Source: a virus
Virus record (IMG/VR): IMGVR_UViG_3300045988_122718
Coordinates: 91,170-155,169 of that record
DNA: 64,000 nucleotides
Reading direction: 5' to 3' (one strand)
Position 1 is the first letter of the stretch. Each line of letters begins with the position of its first letter. The notes under the pieces were generated by a model. The model searched no databases. It saw nothing but the letters and a program-made list of their open reading frames with translations, and was not told where the DNA came from. The translations under genes and the position numbers were made by a program. This document shows, piece after piece, positions 53,858-62,799 of the stretch.

Positions 53858-54055
53858 TCATAATTCAATCATCTTATTGTCAACTTCAATCACGTCAATT
53901 AAAAGTTTGTCTTGTACAATGTCGAGCATATCTTCAAACCCATTTGCTTCAAGCAGCATTTTTGCCTTTTGTGCTTTTTCAAAAGTGGTACATCTTGCAA
54001 AAACCATTCCATCTAAATCGTCAATACCAATTACGTTAAATAGCTTTTCGGGCAT
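53858..54055 (-). CDS. Hypothetical protein
   Basis: 65-aa ORF. Confidence 0.55.
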   Translation of the reverse strand: MPEKLFNVIGIDDLDGMVFARCTTFEKAQKAKMLLEANGFEDMLDIVQDKLLIDVIEVDNKMIEL

Positions 54056-54319
54056 TTACTTTTCCTCCTTATGTTCCTTCAAATACCTCTCAACTGCATC
54101 GTTCCACGCTTCATTCACGGAGATTTTTTCGTTTGTCCAATCTCCTTCAAAATCACAGAAAGAGCACTTCCTTTGTGTTCCAACGCCTCTTTGACCATAC
54201 CATACACTCGTACCCTTCTTGCCACATACTGGGCAAGGCTTAATGGGAATATACGGTTTCTTTTTGATTAGACTATAACCGAGCTTACTTGCCTCGGTTT
54301 TCAGTTCTTCAAGAGTCAT
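54056..54319 (-). CDS. Lar-family-like zinc ribbon protein
   Basis: KPCPVCGKKGTSVWYG...RKCSFCDFEGDWTNEKISVNEAWNDAV. Confidence 0.65.
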   Translation of the reverse strand: MTLEELKTEASKLGYSLIKKKPYIPIKPCPVCGKKGTSVWYGQRGVGTQRKCSFCDFEGDWTNEKISVNEAWNDAVERYLKEHKEEK

Positions 54320-54501
54320 TTATTTTTCCTCCTTTTACTATACGCATTCATGATCACATCTCTTTTATATCTTTCGTATTCTTTATCATCCCTCATTTTT
54401 TCTTTTATGTTGTCTACACCGTTGCGAAAATTTATGTAACTTTCACAATTTGAGTGACATCCAATAGTTCTTTTTGTGCAGTTTTGACAAGGAGATTTCA
54501 T
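54316..54501 (-). CDS. Small Cys-containing protein
   Basis: MKSPCQNCTKRTIGCHSNCESYINF. Confidence 0.6.
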   Translation of the reverse strand: MKSPCQNCTKRTIGCHSNCESYINFRNGVDNIKEKMRDDKEYERYKRDVIMNAYSKRRKNK

Positions 54502-54866
54502 TCACCGTCCTCCTTAATATTCTTGAACTTGCCCATTTCGGCACACAACTTTGCTTTCTTGTGCTCAATCTCTGTCAACTGGAGCTTCATTGCATCGTAC
54601 TCCATCTTTGCCTTTGCATAGATACGGTCCTGAATTGCATCCGCATAATAGCTCATGTCGGCCACATAGCAGTACAGATGACCATCGACGGCAGGCTTTC
54701 CATCACGAAGCTTCACATGGAAGTTTGCGTAAGGCATATGCTTCAAATCAGCACATTCCTTTGCAGAAGTAAACACCTCACCGGTGTCCAGATTCATAAC
54801 TGCCTTACCCTTACGACGGTCGCTCTCCACAATATACTTGGCCTTGATGATTTTGATGTTTTTCAT
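54498..54866 (-). CDS. Hypothetical protein
   Basis: MKNIKIIKAKYIVESDRRKGKAVMNLDTGEVF... Confidence 0.6.
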   Translation of the reverse strand: MKNIKIIKAKYIVESDRRKGKAVMNLDTGEVFTSAKECADLKHMPYANFHVKLRDGKPAVDGHLYCYVADMSYYADAIQDRIYAKAKMEYDAMKLQLTEIEHKKAKLCAEMGKFKNIKEDGE

Positions 54867-54900
54867 GATGTCAATTTCCTTTCTGCCAGTTTGGCAATAA

Positions 54901-55854
54901 TTAATAATCGTACAAATCCTGAGAACACACGTCAACAACGTTGTCGTATGTCATATCAGTTTTGTCCATAACAAAGTGGCCGATTGCTTCTGCCTTGGAA
55001 CGAGCATAAGTATCGTAATACTCAGATGCTCCATACACATTCACATACTCGATGATATAATACTTCTGTGCATAGTAGCTTTCCATTGCACCAGTGTAGC
55101 TGTAGTTTGAGTAGCTGCCGCTGTAGCCATAGTTGCTGCCATAATAACCGTAGCCAGAACTCGTATCTTCCACATACTCAAACTTATCACTTTCCGTTGT
55201 CCTTTCGAGGATTGCACACGCCGCCTCAATGCTTGCTTCCATTTCGGAAAACACCACATATTCACTTGTTGTGTGTGCATTGTGATACCCGCAAGACAAA
55301 TTCACTGCCGCACAACCAAGAGCGGGAGCCACCTCGCAGATGTCAGAATAACTTCCATAGTTTGTTTTGTAGAAATCCTGCGTGATAAATGCCTCAAACT
55401 CATCGTTCGCACAGGAGTAAAACACAGCATCGTTTGCGTTGGCACGGTCAAACTCGATGATATAATTGAAATCAAGTTCTTCCAGCAAATCACTTTTGGC
55501 AAACTTATCTGCGCCGATTCCTCCCACCTCCTCATCTTCCGTGAAAAGCACGGAGCAGTTAAATCTCTTGAGGATTTCAAAAATCATATAAATACCAGCA
55601 CGATCATCTCCTCCTATCCCTTGCGGAGAAGAAATAATGTCTCCAGTATCATCGTACACAATCAGATTCGGAAGATTCTTGTGTACAGTATCCATATGAG
55701 CCACCAGAAGCACAGGAAATTTCCCTTGTGCATATACAAAGCCATCTTCAACGATGGCTTTTCCATGAGTTACCTGCAACCTCTGCTTCACATGATTCTT
55801 CAAGGACTTCTGAGACATACGGCAAATCTTTTCAAATTCTTTATTCATATACAT
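54901..55854 (-). CDS. M20/M28/M42-type zinc aminopeptidase-like protein
   Basis: FPVLLVAHMDTVHKN, GIGGDDRAGIYMIFEIL, FTEDEEVGGIGA, GYHNAHTTSEYVV. Confidence 0.8.
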   Translation of the reverse strand: MYMNKEFEKICRMSQKSLKNHVKQRLQVTHGKAIVEDGFVYAQGKFPVLLVAHMDTVHKNLPNLIVYDDTGDIISSPQGIGGDDRAGIYMIFEILKRFNCSVLFTEDEEVGGIGADKFAKSDLLEELDFNYIIEFDRANANDAVFYSCANDEFEAFITQDFYKTNYGSYSDICEVAPALGCAAVNLSCGYHNAHTTSEYVVFSEMEASIEAACAILERTTESDKFEYVEDTSSGYGYYGSNYGYSGSYSNYSYTGAMESYYAQKYYIIEYVNVYGASEYYDTYARSKAEAIGHFVMDKTDMTYDNVVDVCSQDLYDY

Positions 55855-55862
55855 TACCTCCA

Positions 55863-57431
55863 TTAGTTTTCAGTTTCATTTTCGGCTTCTTCTGCACAGT
55901 CAGGGCAAAGCATACGACGAGCAATTTCCCTCATATTTCTGTATCTGTGCAGTTCACCACACTGTTCACACAGTGCAAAGTTATCCTCGATGCAATCATC
56001 ACAGAAGTATGCCCCTTCGCTTTCTACCCAGACGGCGTGTCTTTCGGTTACATATTCTCCACATTCCTCACAGTAGCGGAAGTAGTCGAGACAACTATCA
56101 CATACAATTCCGAAACCTCTTACGCTGGTTCCCTCACCAACATGATATTCCTCGCACTGTTCGCACCAGAAAGAACAGTCGCAGCAGTAAGGCTCATCGT
56201 CAATCCATCTGATGTCGCCATCATCAATTTCACTTCCACAATGAGCACAGAAAACCTTCTTTGCACAGCAAGAAATATTATTCTGGACGTCATGCTCCTC
56301 ACCACAATTGATGCAGATGGGATAGTGGCCAATGGTGATATCGTTCTCATTCTCGCTTCCTTTCGGACGAGAAAGGGTGCAGTTATCATAGCACTCATAG
56401 TCTTTGTAATGAGTTCCCTCAGAAATCGTATATTTTGCAGAGGCATCGGTTCCCCTGTTTACTGTCCACAGATTGGCAAACCCGAACAGTTCGGACATGA
56501 TGCTCTGCACAATCTCTCTGTAAGGAGTATATGCGCTATTGTCTCCGTCATTATCCTGCGGATACAGTCTGCCCTGAATGAGTTTGTCCTCGCCCCAGTG
56601 GAACATCTGACGGTTGATTTTAGGCTCATACCAGAAGTTGTTTCCTTTGTAGGAAGCGTCCACGGTATAGAACACCATAGACGGAGAATCAAGCATATAG
56701 CTTACAGTACCAGAGGAATACATCCCTTCATAACTGTTGGGCATACCACGTTTGTTTTCCTTGTCGATAGTGTGGCAACTTGCCCACGAATTGCCAAAGG
56801 ACATGGTGAGATAGTCGAGGGGATTCACAGAAAGAACAGTATACCTTGTGATTTGCAGAGGATTAAGAGCATCGGCATACTTGGCAAAGGCACTGTTGTA
56901 GGCGGGCAGCTTGTCATAGCCAATGTAGCTAAGGAGTTTATTAACCACACGGCTCATTTTCTGTCCCTTGTGGGCATGAATACTGGGACAAATTGTGTTC
57001 AAATTATTAGTCGTAACTTCATCAATATACTGTTCGGTACAATTTGGAAGGGCGCAAATGAAGCCGTAAAATTCCCTCGGAAGTTTCCTACCGTAGTCAA
57101 CAACATGTTCCCTCATATCATCGGGCATGAATTCCCTTACCGCCATAGCAGTGTCGTAACTAAGCAGCCACGTCCTGAACTTAGCAATCTCATCCTTATC
57201 AACTTCGCGGTTGAAGTTGTGGCTGAACACAATCATGAACTTGCCTTCAAGGTAGTTCGGATGCCTCTTGAATGCGGTGATGAGGTCTGCCTTGTTGGTT
57301 GCCCAGGTGTCGATAATTTTGTTGAGAGCTTCATCGGTGTACTGATAGTCATACTGGTCGAGCAGGAACTTCATATTATCGAGCAGCATGTCCCTTTCTT
57401 CGTCAGTGATGATTTCCTTTACGAGTTCCAT
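55863..57431 (-). CDS. Large phage protein with C-terminal zinc-finger array, paralog of 49482-51041
   Basis: VNPLDYLTMSFGNSWASCHTIDKENKRGMPNSYEGMYSSGTVSYMLDS; C-terminal CxxC repeats. Confidence 0.7.
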   Translation of the reverse strand: MELVKEIITDEERDMLLDNMKFLLDQYDYQYTDEALNKIIDTWATNKADLITAFKRHPNYLEGKFMIVFSHNFNREVDKDEIAKFRTWLLSYDTAMAVREFMPDDMREHVVDYGRKLPREFYGFICALPNCTEQYIDEVTTNNLNTICPSIHAHKGQKMSRVVNKLLSYIGYDKLPAYNSAFAKYADALNPLQITRYTVLSVNPLDYLTMSFGNSWASCHTIDKENKRGMPNSYEGMYSSGTVSYMLDSPSMVFYTVDASYKGNNFWYEPKINRQMFHWGEDKLIQGRLYPQDNDGDNSAYTPYREIVQSIMSELFGFANLWTVNRGTDASAKYTISEGTHYKDYECYDNCTLSRPKGSENENDITIGHYPICINCGEEHDVQNNISCCAKKVFCAHCGSEIDDGDIRWIDDEPYCCDCSFWCEQCEEYHVGEGTSVRGFGIVCDSCLDYFRYCEECGEYVTERHAVWVESEGAYFCDDCIEDNFALCEQCGELHRYRNMREIARRMLCPDCAEEAENETEN

Positions 57432-57432
57432 A

Positions 57433-57651
57433 TTAATTTCCTCCTTTTTTCTTTTCGGGAGCCGGTTCAACCAGCTCAAAATAACAAGCTTTCACACTAA
57501 AGTTGTTGTATTCACCTACAAGATTAGTTCTCTGTTGAGATACAGAAATCATATCACCACAGACTCTTGTCACATAGCCAGTCCATCCGTCGGTTGTAAT
57601 AATATACGGAGTACGTCTAAGTGCTCTTACCTTATCTCCAACACGAAACAT
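57433..57651 (-). CDS. Hypothetical protein
   Basis: 72-aa ORF MFRVGDKVRALRRTPYIITTDGW. Confidence 0.6.
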   Translation of the reverse strand: MFRVGDKVRALRRTPYIITTDGWTGYVTRVCGDMISVSQQRTNLVGEYNNFSVKACYFELVEPAPEKKKGGN

Positions 57652-57666
57652 AATTATTTGCCTCCT

Positions 57667-58053
57667 TTAGTTCATGTAGTCAGTAATGTCAGTTCCGTTG
57701 TATGCGGTATACAGAATATGGTCGTGGTTATTGTGTGCCAGAACAACAATTGCATTTTCCACTTCGGCAGTCTCATAAATGGTTTCACTTAGGTCGCTGA
57801 ACGCACTGTCAAAGCCGTTTCTGTTGAAGGTCGAGGTGGTGTTTACACCTTCGATGGAGATGAACACATAATAGACACCATCGTCATATTCCGTATGGAG
57901 AATCATGTCATCGAGGTCCTCACGCAGTTGCTTGTCAACATTCTGCCAGGGTTCATTTCGCTTGATGTTGTTGGTGACTTTCTTGTGACCGCCACATGCA
58001 GTCAGGGAGAAGACGGTCATAATGGCGAGGAGCATAGCAATAATCTTTTTCAT
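57667..58053 (-). CDS. Lipoprotein
   Basis: MKKIIAMLLAIMTVFSLTACGGHKK lipobox. Confidence 0.7.
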   Translation of the reverse strand: MKKIIAMLLAIMTVFSLTACGGHKKVTNNIKRNEPWQNVDKQLREDLDDMILHTEYDDGVYYVFISIEGVNTTSTFNRNGFDSAFSDLSETIYETAEVENAIVVLAHNNHDHILYTAYNGTDITDYMN

Positions 58054-58084
58054 AGTAATTTCCTTTCTCAGTAATTTTGTATTG

Positions 58085-58258
58085 TCAGTTGTTTTCCGCA
58101 TGAGATTCCTCCTTGAGCAATTCTCTTACATCATGGATGATTTCAATGATGTATTCTCCCTTTCGTATTTGTGAGCAATGGTCTTTTGCAACACAGTTGC
58201 CACATGTTTGGCAATTAAGCATTGCCGAAAGAATGCTGAGTTTGTCGAGTACGTTCAT
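58085..58258 (-). CDS. Small Cys-containing protein
   Basis: MNVLDKLSILSAMLNCQTCGNCVAKDHCSQIRKGEYIIEIIHDVRELLKEESHAENN. Confidence 0.55.
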   Translation of the reverse strand: MNVLDKLSILSAMLNCQTCGNCVAKDHCSQIRKGEYIIEIIHDVRELLKEESHAENN

Positions 58259-58464
58259 TTGGTTTCTACCTCCTTTAATTTTGCGAGTAATTCATCTCGC
58301 TCTTTGATTATGGAGCGTATTTCTTCTGAGACTTCGATGATAAGTTTTCGGCCAGAATTATCATGTCCGCTTCTGCACAAACCATCCATGGCACAATTGT
58401 CACAAGTTCTGATGCCGCAATCCATTCTTGCGTAGATAGCGCCGCATTTTTCAAGAATGTTCAT
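58255..58464 (-). CDS. Small Cys-containing protein, similar to 58085-58258
   Basis: MNILEKCGAIYARMDCGIRTCDNCAMDGLCRSG... Confidence 0.55.
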   Translation of the reverse strand: MNILEKCGAIYARMDCGIRTCDNCAMDGLCRSGHDNSGRKLIIEVSEEIRSIIKERDELLAKLKEVETK

Positions 58465-58613
58465 GTCCTCATCTCCCTTACAAACGCATTCACTCTTTCC
58501 ATTGCCGCCGTAAGTTCTGCGTTTGCTGCCTCGAAGAACTTAGGTTCGGCATTGTCGAAGTTTTCTCTTGCACGGTTGAGTGCCCGTAGAGCTTCAAAAT
58601 ATTCATTGGTCAT
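58461..58613 (-). CDS. Small helical protein
   Basis: MTNEYFEALRALNRARENFDNAEPKFFEAANAELTAAMERVNAFVREMRT. Confidence 0.5.
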   Translation of the reverse strand: MTNEYFEALRALNRARENFDNAEPKFFEAANAELTAAMERVNAFVREMRT

Positions 58614-59017
58614 TTGGATTCCTCCTTTCTTACATTCCACCTTTGTTTCTCTTGTTCGTCATTGAAATCAAACCCAAGTTTTCGGAAGAATGACGATGAC
58701 TTTTTATTGTCATAAGAAACATCTGCCGTAATGAATTTGGGATTAAATCGCTCAAGTTCATCGACAAACCTATTTCCAATTCCCCTTCTCTGGAAATCCT
58801 TACGGATACAAATGTGGCTTATGTGGATGCCTTTGTTGATTACATAGAACATACAATACCCAACAATATTGTTGTTCTCTTTTTCAATCAACATATTTGG
58901 CACAATGTTGTGCTTAAAAAGTATCTTGAGCATATCGTAAAACGATAGTCCAAGAGTACCGCCATTTGCCTTGAGGTTCTCAGTGGATATTGTTTCAAAT
59001 TCGTTTAACTCCGCCAT
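58610..59017 (-). CDS. GNAT acetyltransferase
   Basis: HISHICIRKDFQRRGIGNRFVDELERFNPKFITADVS. Confidence 0.75.
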   Translation of the reverse strand: MAELNEFETISTENLKANGGTLGLSFYDMLKILFKHNIVPNMLIEKENNNIVGYCMFYVINKGIHISHICIRKDFQRRGIGNRFVDELERFNPKFITADVSYDNKKSSSFFRKLGFDFNDEQEKQRWNVRKEESK

Positions 59018-59246
59018 TGAAAAAACTGTAGTAAACATTTGCCTTACTCCTCTGGATAAAGTTCTTCATCGAGCAGAATGCCTGAAGAACAACGGATGCT
59101 TCATCTGGTTCAATTCCGTTGTCAATCAAGCACTGTTCTGCCTTGGAACGGTTGGTATCGATACGGTTTTTCATGTCACTAACTGCATTATTCCAACCAC
59201 GGATGTAATCCATAGAAGGTGACTGTGACATAACAAGTTTATTCAT
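58995..59246 (-). CDS. Hypothetical protein
   Basis: 83-aa ORF. Confidence 0.55.
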   Translation of the reverse strand: MNKLVMSQSPSMDYIRGWNNAVSDMKNRIDTNRSKAEQCLIDNGIEPDEASVVLQAFCSMKNFIQRSKANVYYSFFNGGVKRI

Positions 59247-59437
59247 TTTGCTTCCTCCTTGTTTTCCAAAATCACATACAAAGCATGAGTTCTTTTTGGA
59301 AAGGTGAACTTTTTAACTTTCGCTTCCCTATATTCTTGACGGATATATCTTGTATCGCCAACGGCTTTGACACCAAGACATTTTCCGTTTTGCCAAAACA
59401 CGATTTTGTCGATGCCGGTGCCAAGTTGGTAGAACAT
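59243..59437 (-). CDS. Hypothetical protein
   Basis: 64-aa ORF. Confidence 0.5.
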   Translation of the reverse strand: MFYQLGTGIDKIVFWQNGKCLGVKAVGDTRYIRQEYREAKVKKFTFPKRTHALYVILENKEEAK

Positions 59438-59460
59438 TGAGTTCCATTTGCCTTACCTCC

Positions 59461-59964
59461 TTAATAAATTTCCCTCATCTTTTCCATTTGCTCCTCCGTA
59501 AAGATACGGCGAAGCCCTGCATATTCCTCACCGCAAGCAAGGAAAGTTTCCCTTGCAGAAATACTGTCGGTGCTGTAACCGAACTCGGCACAGAAGTCAC
59601 TGAAGCTGTCGTAGCTGTACTTCTCTACGGTTGCAAGGATGTCATACTCGGAAGGGATTGCGTTTGCCTTGAGTTTTGCAAGTTCCTTTGTCCATTTGTT
59701 TCTCTCATAGAATGTCATATCCATCGGATTTCGCTTGTGGTATTTGCGACAATAGTCCATAAGGGACATATCAGAGATTTCCGTATTGTGCAGGCTGTCG
59801 TAGAACTTGCCGCTGTGGCTTCCCTTTGGAGTTGTAATGGTGAACCAGTAGCAGTTATACAGGTTGCTATCCCACCTTGGTGATGTCTTGCAGAGGAACT
59901 TAATTTCCACTGTGGCATTGCAGTCAGCCAGAAACTGTTTCGCTTGAGCAACGTAGTCAGTCAT
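59461..59964 (-). CDS. Hypothetical protein
   Basis: 167-aa ORF with SD. Confidence 0.6.
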   Translation of the reverse strand: MTDYVAQAKQFLADCNATVEIKFLCKTSPRWDSNLYNCYWFTITTPKGSHSGKFYDSLHNTEISDMSLMDYCRKYHKRNPMDMTFYERNKWTKELAKLKANAIPSEYDILATVEKYSYDSFSDFCAEFGYSTDSISARETFLACGEEYAGLRRIFTEEQMEKMREIY

Positions 59965-60203
59965 TATAAAGCCCCCATTTTTGCCGTAGTAGTGATGTGG
60001 TCATCGTTGCAACTGTACTTGTCGTACCAGCCGCAAACAATTTCGCTTGGGATGGAACAGTGAATGCAGTCCCATGCAAGTCTTGTGCCGAAGTCCTTGT
60101 AGTTTCCGTTTGCCTTGAGTCTTTCGGCATACTCAGGCAAGTTAGTGATTTTGTTGAAGCTTTCCCTTATGAAGGGGATTTCGCTTTTAAGTTTCATTTC
60201 CAT
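59964..60203 (-). CDS. Hypothetical protein
   Basis: MKLKSEIPFIRESFNKITNLPEYAERLKANGNYKDFG. Confidence 0.55.
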   Translation of the reverse strand: MEMKLKSEIPFIRESFNKITNLPEYAERLKANGNYKDFGTRLAWDCIHCSIPSEIVCGWYDKYSCNDDHITTTAKMGAL

Positions 60204-60245
60204 TACCTCACTTTCATACATTTGATTTCCGTTTGCCTTTGCCTT

Positions 60246-60508
60246 TTACATTTCGCTTATGTCGTCCCAACGCCAATCTCCGTTGCCTATTGGGTACAAA
60301 CCTTTTTCATTTGCCTTGTAAATGCACTCGTCATCTCCGTTTGCCTTGTCGTAGCACATTGTGCATCGGCATTGACTTCCCTTGCAATCTGCTCGGCTAT
60401 TTGTCTCGTGAAATACGGACAAGCCCATCCATTCCAGTGATTTCCATTTGTGTACCCTTCATAGATGGGGCCATCCTCAATTTGAAATTTGCTTTTGAAC
60501 ATAAACAT
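60246..60508 (-). CDS. Hypothetical protein apparently split over two frames
   Basis: Frame 1 MFMFKSKFQIEDGPIYEGYTNGNHWNGWACPYFTRQIAEQIAREVNADAQC...; frame 2 continues plausibly CTMCYDKANGDDECIYKANEKGLYPIGNGDWRWDDISEM. Confidence 0.4.
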
Positions 60509-60576
60509 ATCTCCTTTCGCTTTGGGGGTTGATTGTTAGGTTATCACCTCCTTTCGCTTTGAATTTGCCTTTTGTT

Positions 60577-61050
60577 TTACGCAAACATACCACTATGGAC
60601 CTTCTCCTTGTATGTCCAGCCCATAGACTTGAGCAGTTTGCTCATTTCCCCAGTAGACACACACTGGAACTCACCATTGATGGGTAGAGGATTGATGGGA
60701 CACTTGATGTGGCAGATACATCTGCCATCCTCGTGACGAATGAGGAGAATGAGCTGTACATCACGGTCTTTAGAGTAGTACTCACGAATACTCTGAGCCT
60801 GTTCAGCAGTACCGTGAGTACCAAACTTGGGGTAGTTGCTCTGCAACCACGGCATCAGATTGGTGTGCTTGGTGTAGATGATAGCCGTGTGGTAGGTGGG
60901 CTTGGTGTCGTTGGACTGGAGCAGAGCAATGGCATCGTGGGTCATCTGAATGTAGCAATTATTCGTCCCAGCATAAGGACATTTAGCACATGCGTCACCA
61001 CCACGGCTATCGCACAGAGCCAGAGCCTTCATCACATCATGCTTATTCAT
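60577..61050 (-). CDS. Hypothetical Cys-containing protein
   Basis: MNKHDVMKALALCDSRGGDACAKCPYAGTNNCYIQM. Confidence 0.65.
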   Translation of the reverse strand: MNKHDVMKALALCDSRGGDACAKCPYAGTNNCYIQMTHDAIALLQSNDTKPTYHTAIIYTKHTNLMPWLQSNYPKFGTHGTAEQAQSIREYYSKDRDVQLILLIRHEDGRCICHIKCPINPLPINGEFQCVSTGEMSKLLKSMGWTYKEKVHSGMFA

Positions 61051-61263
61051 AGAGTCCTCCACGGTTAAGGTTCGTCAACCATAAAATGTTGGTCAACACA
61101 TAAGTGCTAACCATTGGGATAGGACTTTTTGAGTGGAAGTCCTTGGGCACATCGTGTTGCAAGGTTAAAAAACATAAGCCAAATCAATGGACATTTATGC
61201 TCACGGCATTACACGACTGCACCAGATATTCAGTTATACTCGTCAGAACTCGTCCAACGGTTG

Positions 61264-61626
61264 TTAAACGGCGTAGAGCTTACGCCCATAGAGATAGCCA
61301 CAAGCCTCGATGCACTTGTTCTTCCTCAAGGCTTCAAAGCCATCCTGACCGCAGATATCAATGATGGCATCCTCATAGATGGCATCGGCACGAGGATAGT
61401 GCTTACGGAGAAGATTGAGATAGTAGCTCACAGGCTTGTGCTCAATCTTTGCCACAATGAGGTCGTGGGTGATAATGTCGAGGATTACTTCGGGATTGGT
61501 GTCAGGACGCTTGGCACATGCCTGGATAAACTTGTTGGTGAGGCTGTGGTCCCAAGGGATACAGTAGTCAGAGAGCACTTCTTTCTTGGCCTTGAGGGCA
61601 TCTTTCTGAATCTTGGTCATCTTCAT
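61264..61626 (-). CDS. Hypothetical protein
   Basis: MKMTKIQKDALKAKKEVLSDYC... Confidence 0.6.
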   Translation of the reverse strand: MKMTKIQKDALKAKKEVLSDYCIPWDHSLTNKFIQACAKRPDTNPEVILDIITHDLIVAKIEHKPVSYYLNLLRKHYPRADAIYEDAIIDICGQDGFEALRKNKCIEACGYLYGRKLYAV

Positions 61627-61668
61627 ATTACTTCTCCTCCTCATTCTTGCTATCAAAGATAGCTATAA

Positions 61669-61812
61669 TCATTGCGTGGGCTGTTGCAATAGCACAACGG
61701 TCACAATCATGGTGCAGCAGCAGTTACAAGAATACTTGAAAGCCTTGATTGCTGCCTCCTTGGTTGGTGCATCATACTGGAAATTTACTCCTACTTGCTC
61801 AAACTTAGTCAT
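61669..61812 (-). CDS. Small hypothetical protein
   Basis: MTKFEQVGVNFQYDAPTKEAAIKAFKYSCNCCC... Confidence 0.5.
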   Translation of the reverse strand: MTKFEQVGVNFQYDAPTKEAAIKAFKYSCNCCCTMIVTVVLLQQPTQ

Positions 61813-62046
61813 GGTTTGCTCCTTCCTATGGACTTGGCCTTAACTCCCGTTAGGTGAGTGGCACAAACATAAGCCCATAGAGAAACCCTCGACATAAGTC
61901 GAGGGCTTTTGCTACGGGTTTATAATTTTTTAAGTCGAGTATAAATACCATTACGGTTAAGTGATTTGGTTTTTGGTAGATGTCATAACCATCACTTCGT
62001 GGTGTGACATGAATGTGATGGAATTTGGCAACGGTGCATAGGGATG

Positions 62047-62085
62047 AAAAAAGAGTTGCTACCACATAGGGCAACAACTCTATGT
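62047..62085 (-). terminator. Rho-independent terminator
   Basis: Minus AGAGTTGTTGCCCTATGTGGTAGCAACTCTTTTTT. Confidence 0.7.
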
Positions 62086-62120
62086 GCATCTTTGCCAAAG
62101 AGTTTGAGAAGATGCATAGC

Positions 62121-62327
62121 TTAATCCTCGTAGTCGTAGATGTGTTCTTCACCATCGAAGCTGATGATGTAGCCATCGTCGGTTACTTCGATGAGTTCAG
62201 CAGACCTGATAGTCTCCTCACGGACAACTCTGTCCACATACTTGCCGTAGCCGACAAACATAAGGGCAATAGCTACAAAGATAATGATACGGATGATGAA
62301 CTTGTACTCGCTATTGATTTTTTTCAT
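62121..62327 (-). CDS. Small membrane-anchored protein
   Basis: TM segment IIRIIIFVAIALMFVGYG. Confidence 0.55.
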   Translation of the reverse strand: MKKINSEYKFIIRIIIFVAIALMFVGYGKYVDRVVREETIRSAELIEVTDDGYIISFDGEEHIYDYED

Positions 62328-62340
62328 GATTAATTCCTCC

Positions 62341-62595
62341 TTAAAATGTTTTGATTATTTTAGTTAAGCTATTGTAGTCACGATAGTTCTTAACAAGTGA
62401 TGTGAAGATATAGTCGTTATTGACATATCTGAAGTAGATAATGCCATTGTGCCATCTGCTGATGTACACATGAGTATGTGTCTCATAGTCAATAGCAAAG
62501 TAGACACCATCTACACGATTGTCGTGGACAGTATCGTATAGATAGTGACGGTCAACTATTGCCACGAACTTGTTGAACATCTTGTGTGAAATCAT
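62341..62595 (-). CDS. Hypothetical protein
   Basis: MISHKMFNKFVAIVDRHYLYDTV...; SD AGGAGGTG upstream. Confidence 0.55.
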   Translation of the reverse strand: MISHKMFNKFVAIVDRHYLYDTVHDNRVDGVYFAIDYETHTHVYISRWHNGIIYFRYVNNDYIFTSLVKNYRDYNSLTKIIKTF

Positions 62596-62749
62596 ACATA
62601 CACCTCCTATCTCGTGGGATTTTGACAAGTCGCATCTAATGTGTAGGTCGGGGAAAATATATAAAAACGCATCTATGTGATGATACATAAACACGAACAA
62701 AAAAGAAAAAAAGAACGACTGAAATTATACAAAAGCCGTTCACATAAAA

Positions 62750-62785
62750 AAAATACCCCCTCACCCCGAAGGGTGAGAGGGTATC
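62750..62785 (-). terminator. Rho-independent terminator
   Basis: Minus ATACCCTCTCACCCTTCGGGGTGAGGGGGTATTTTTTTT. Confidence 0.85.
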
Positions 62786-62799
62786 GAGAGTGTCAAGTG

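Noticed and set aside
55728-57500. 590-aa plus-strand ORF antisense to 55863-57431
   Set aside because: The minus-strand ORF has SD, paralog and zinc-finger motifs; the plus ORF is an antisense shadow without recognisable domains.
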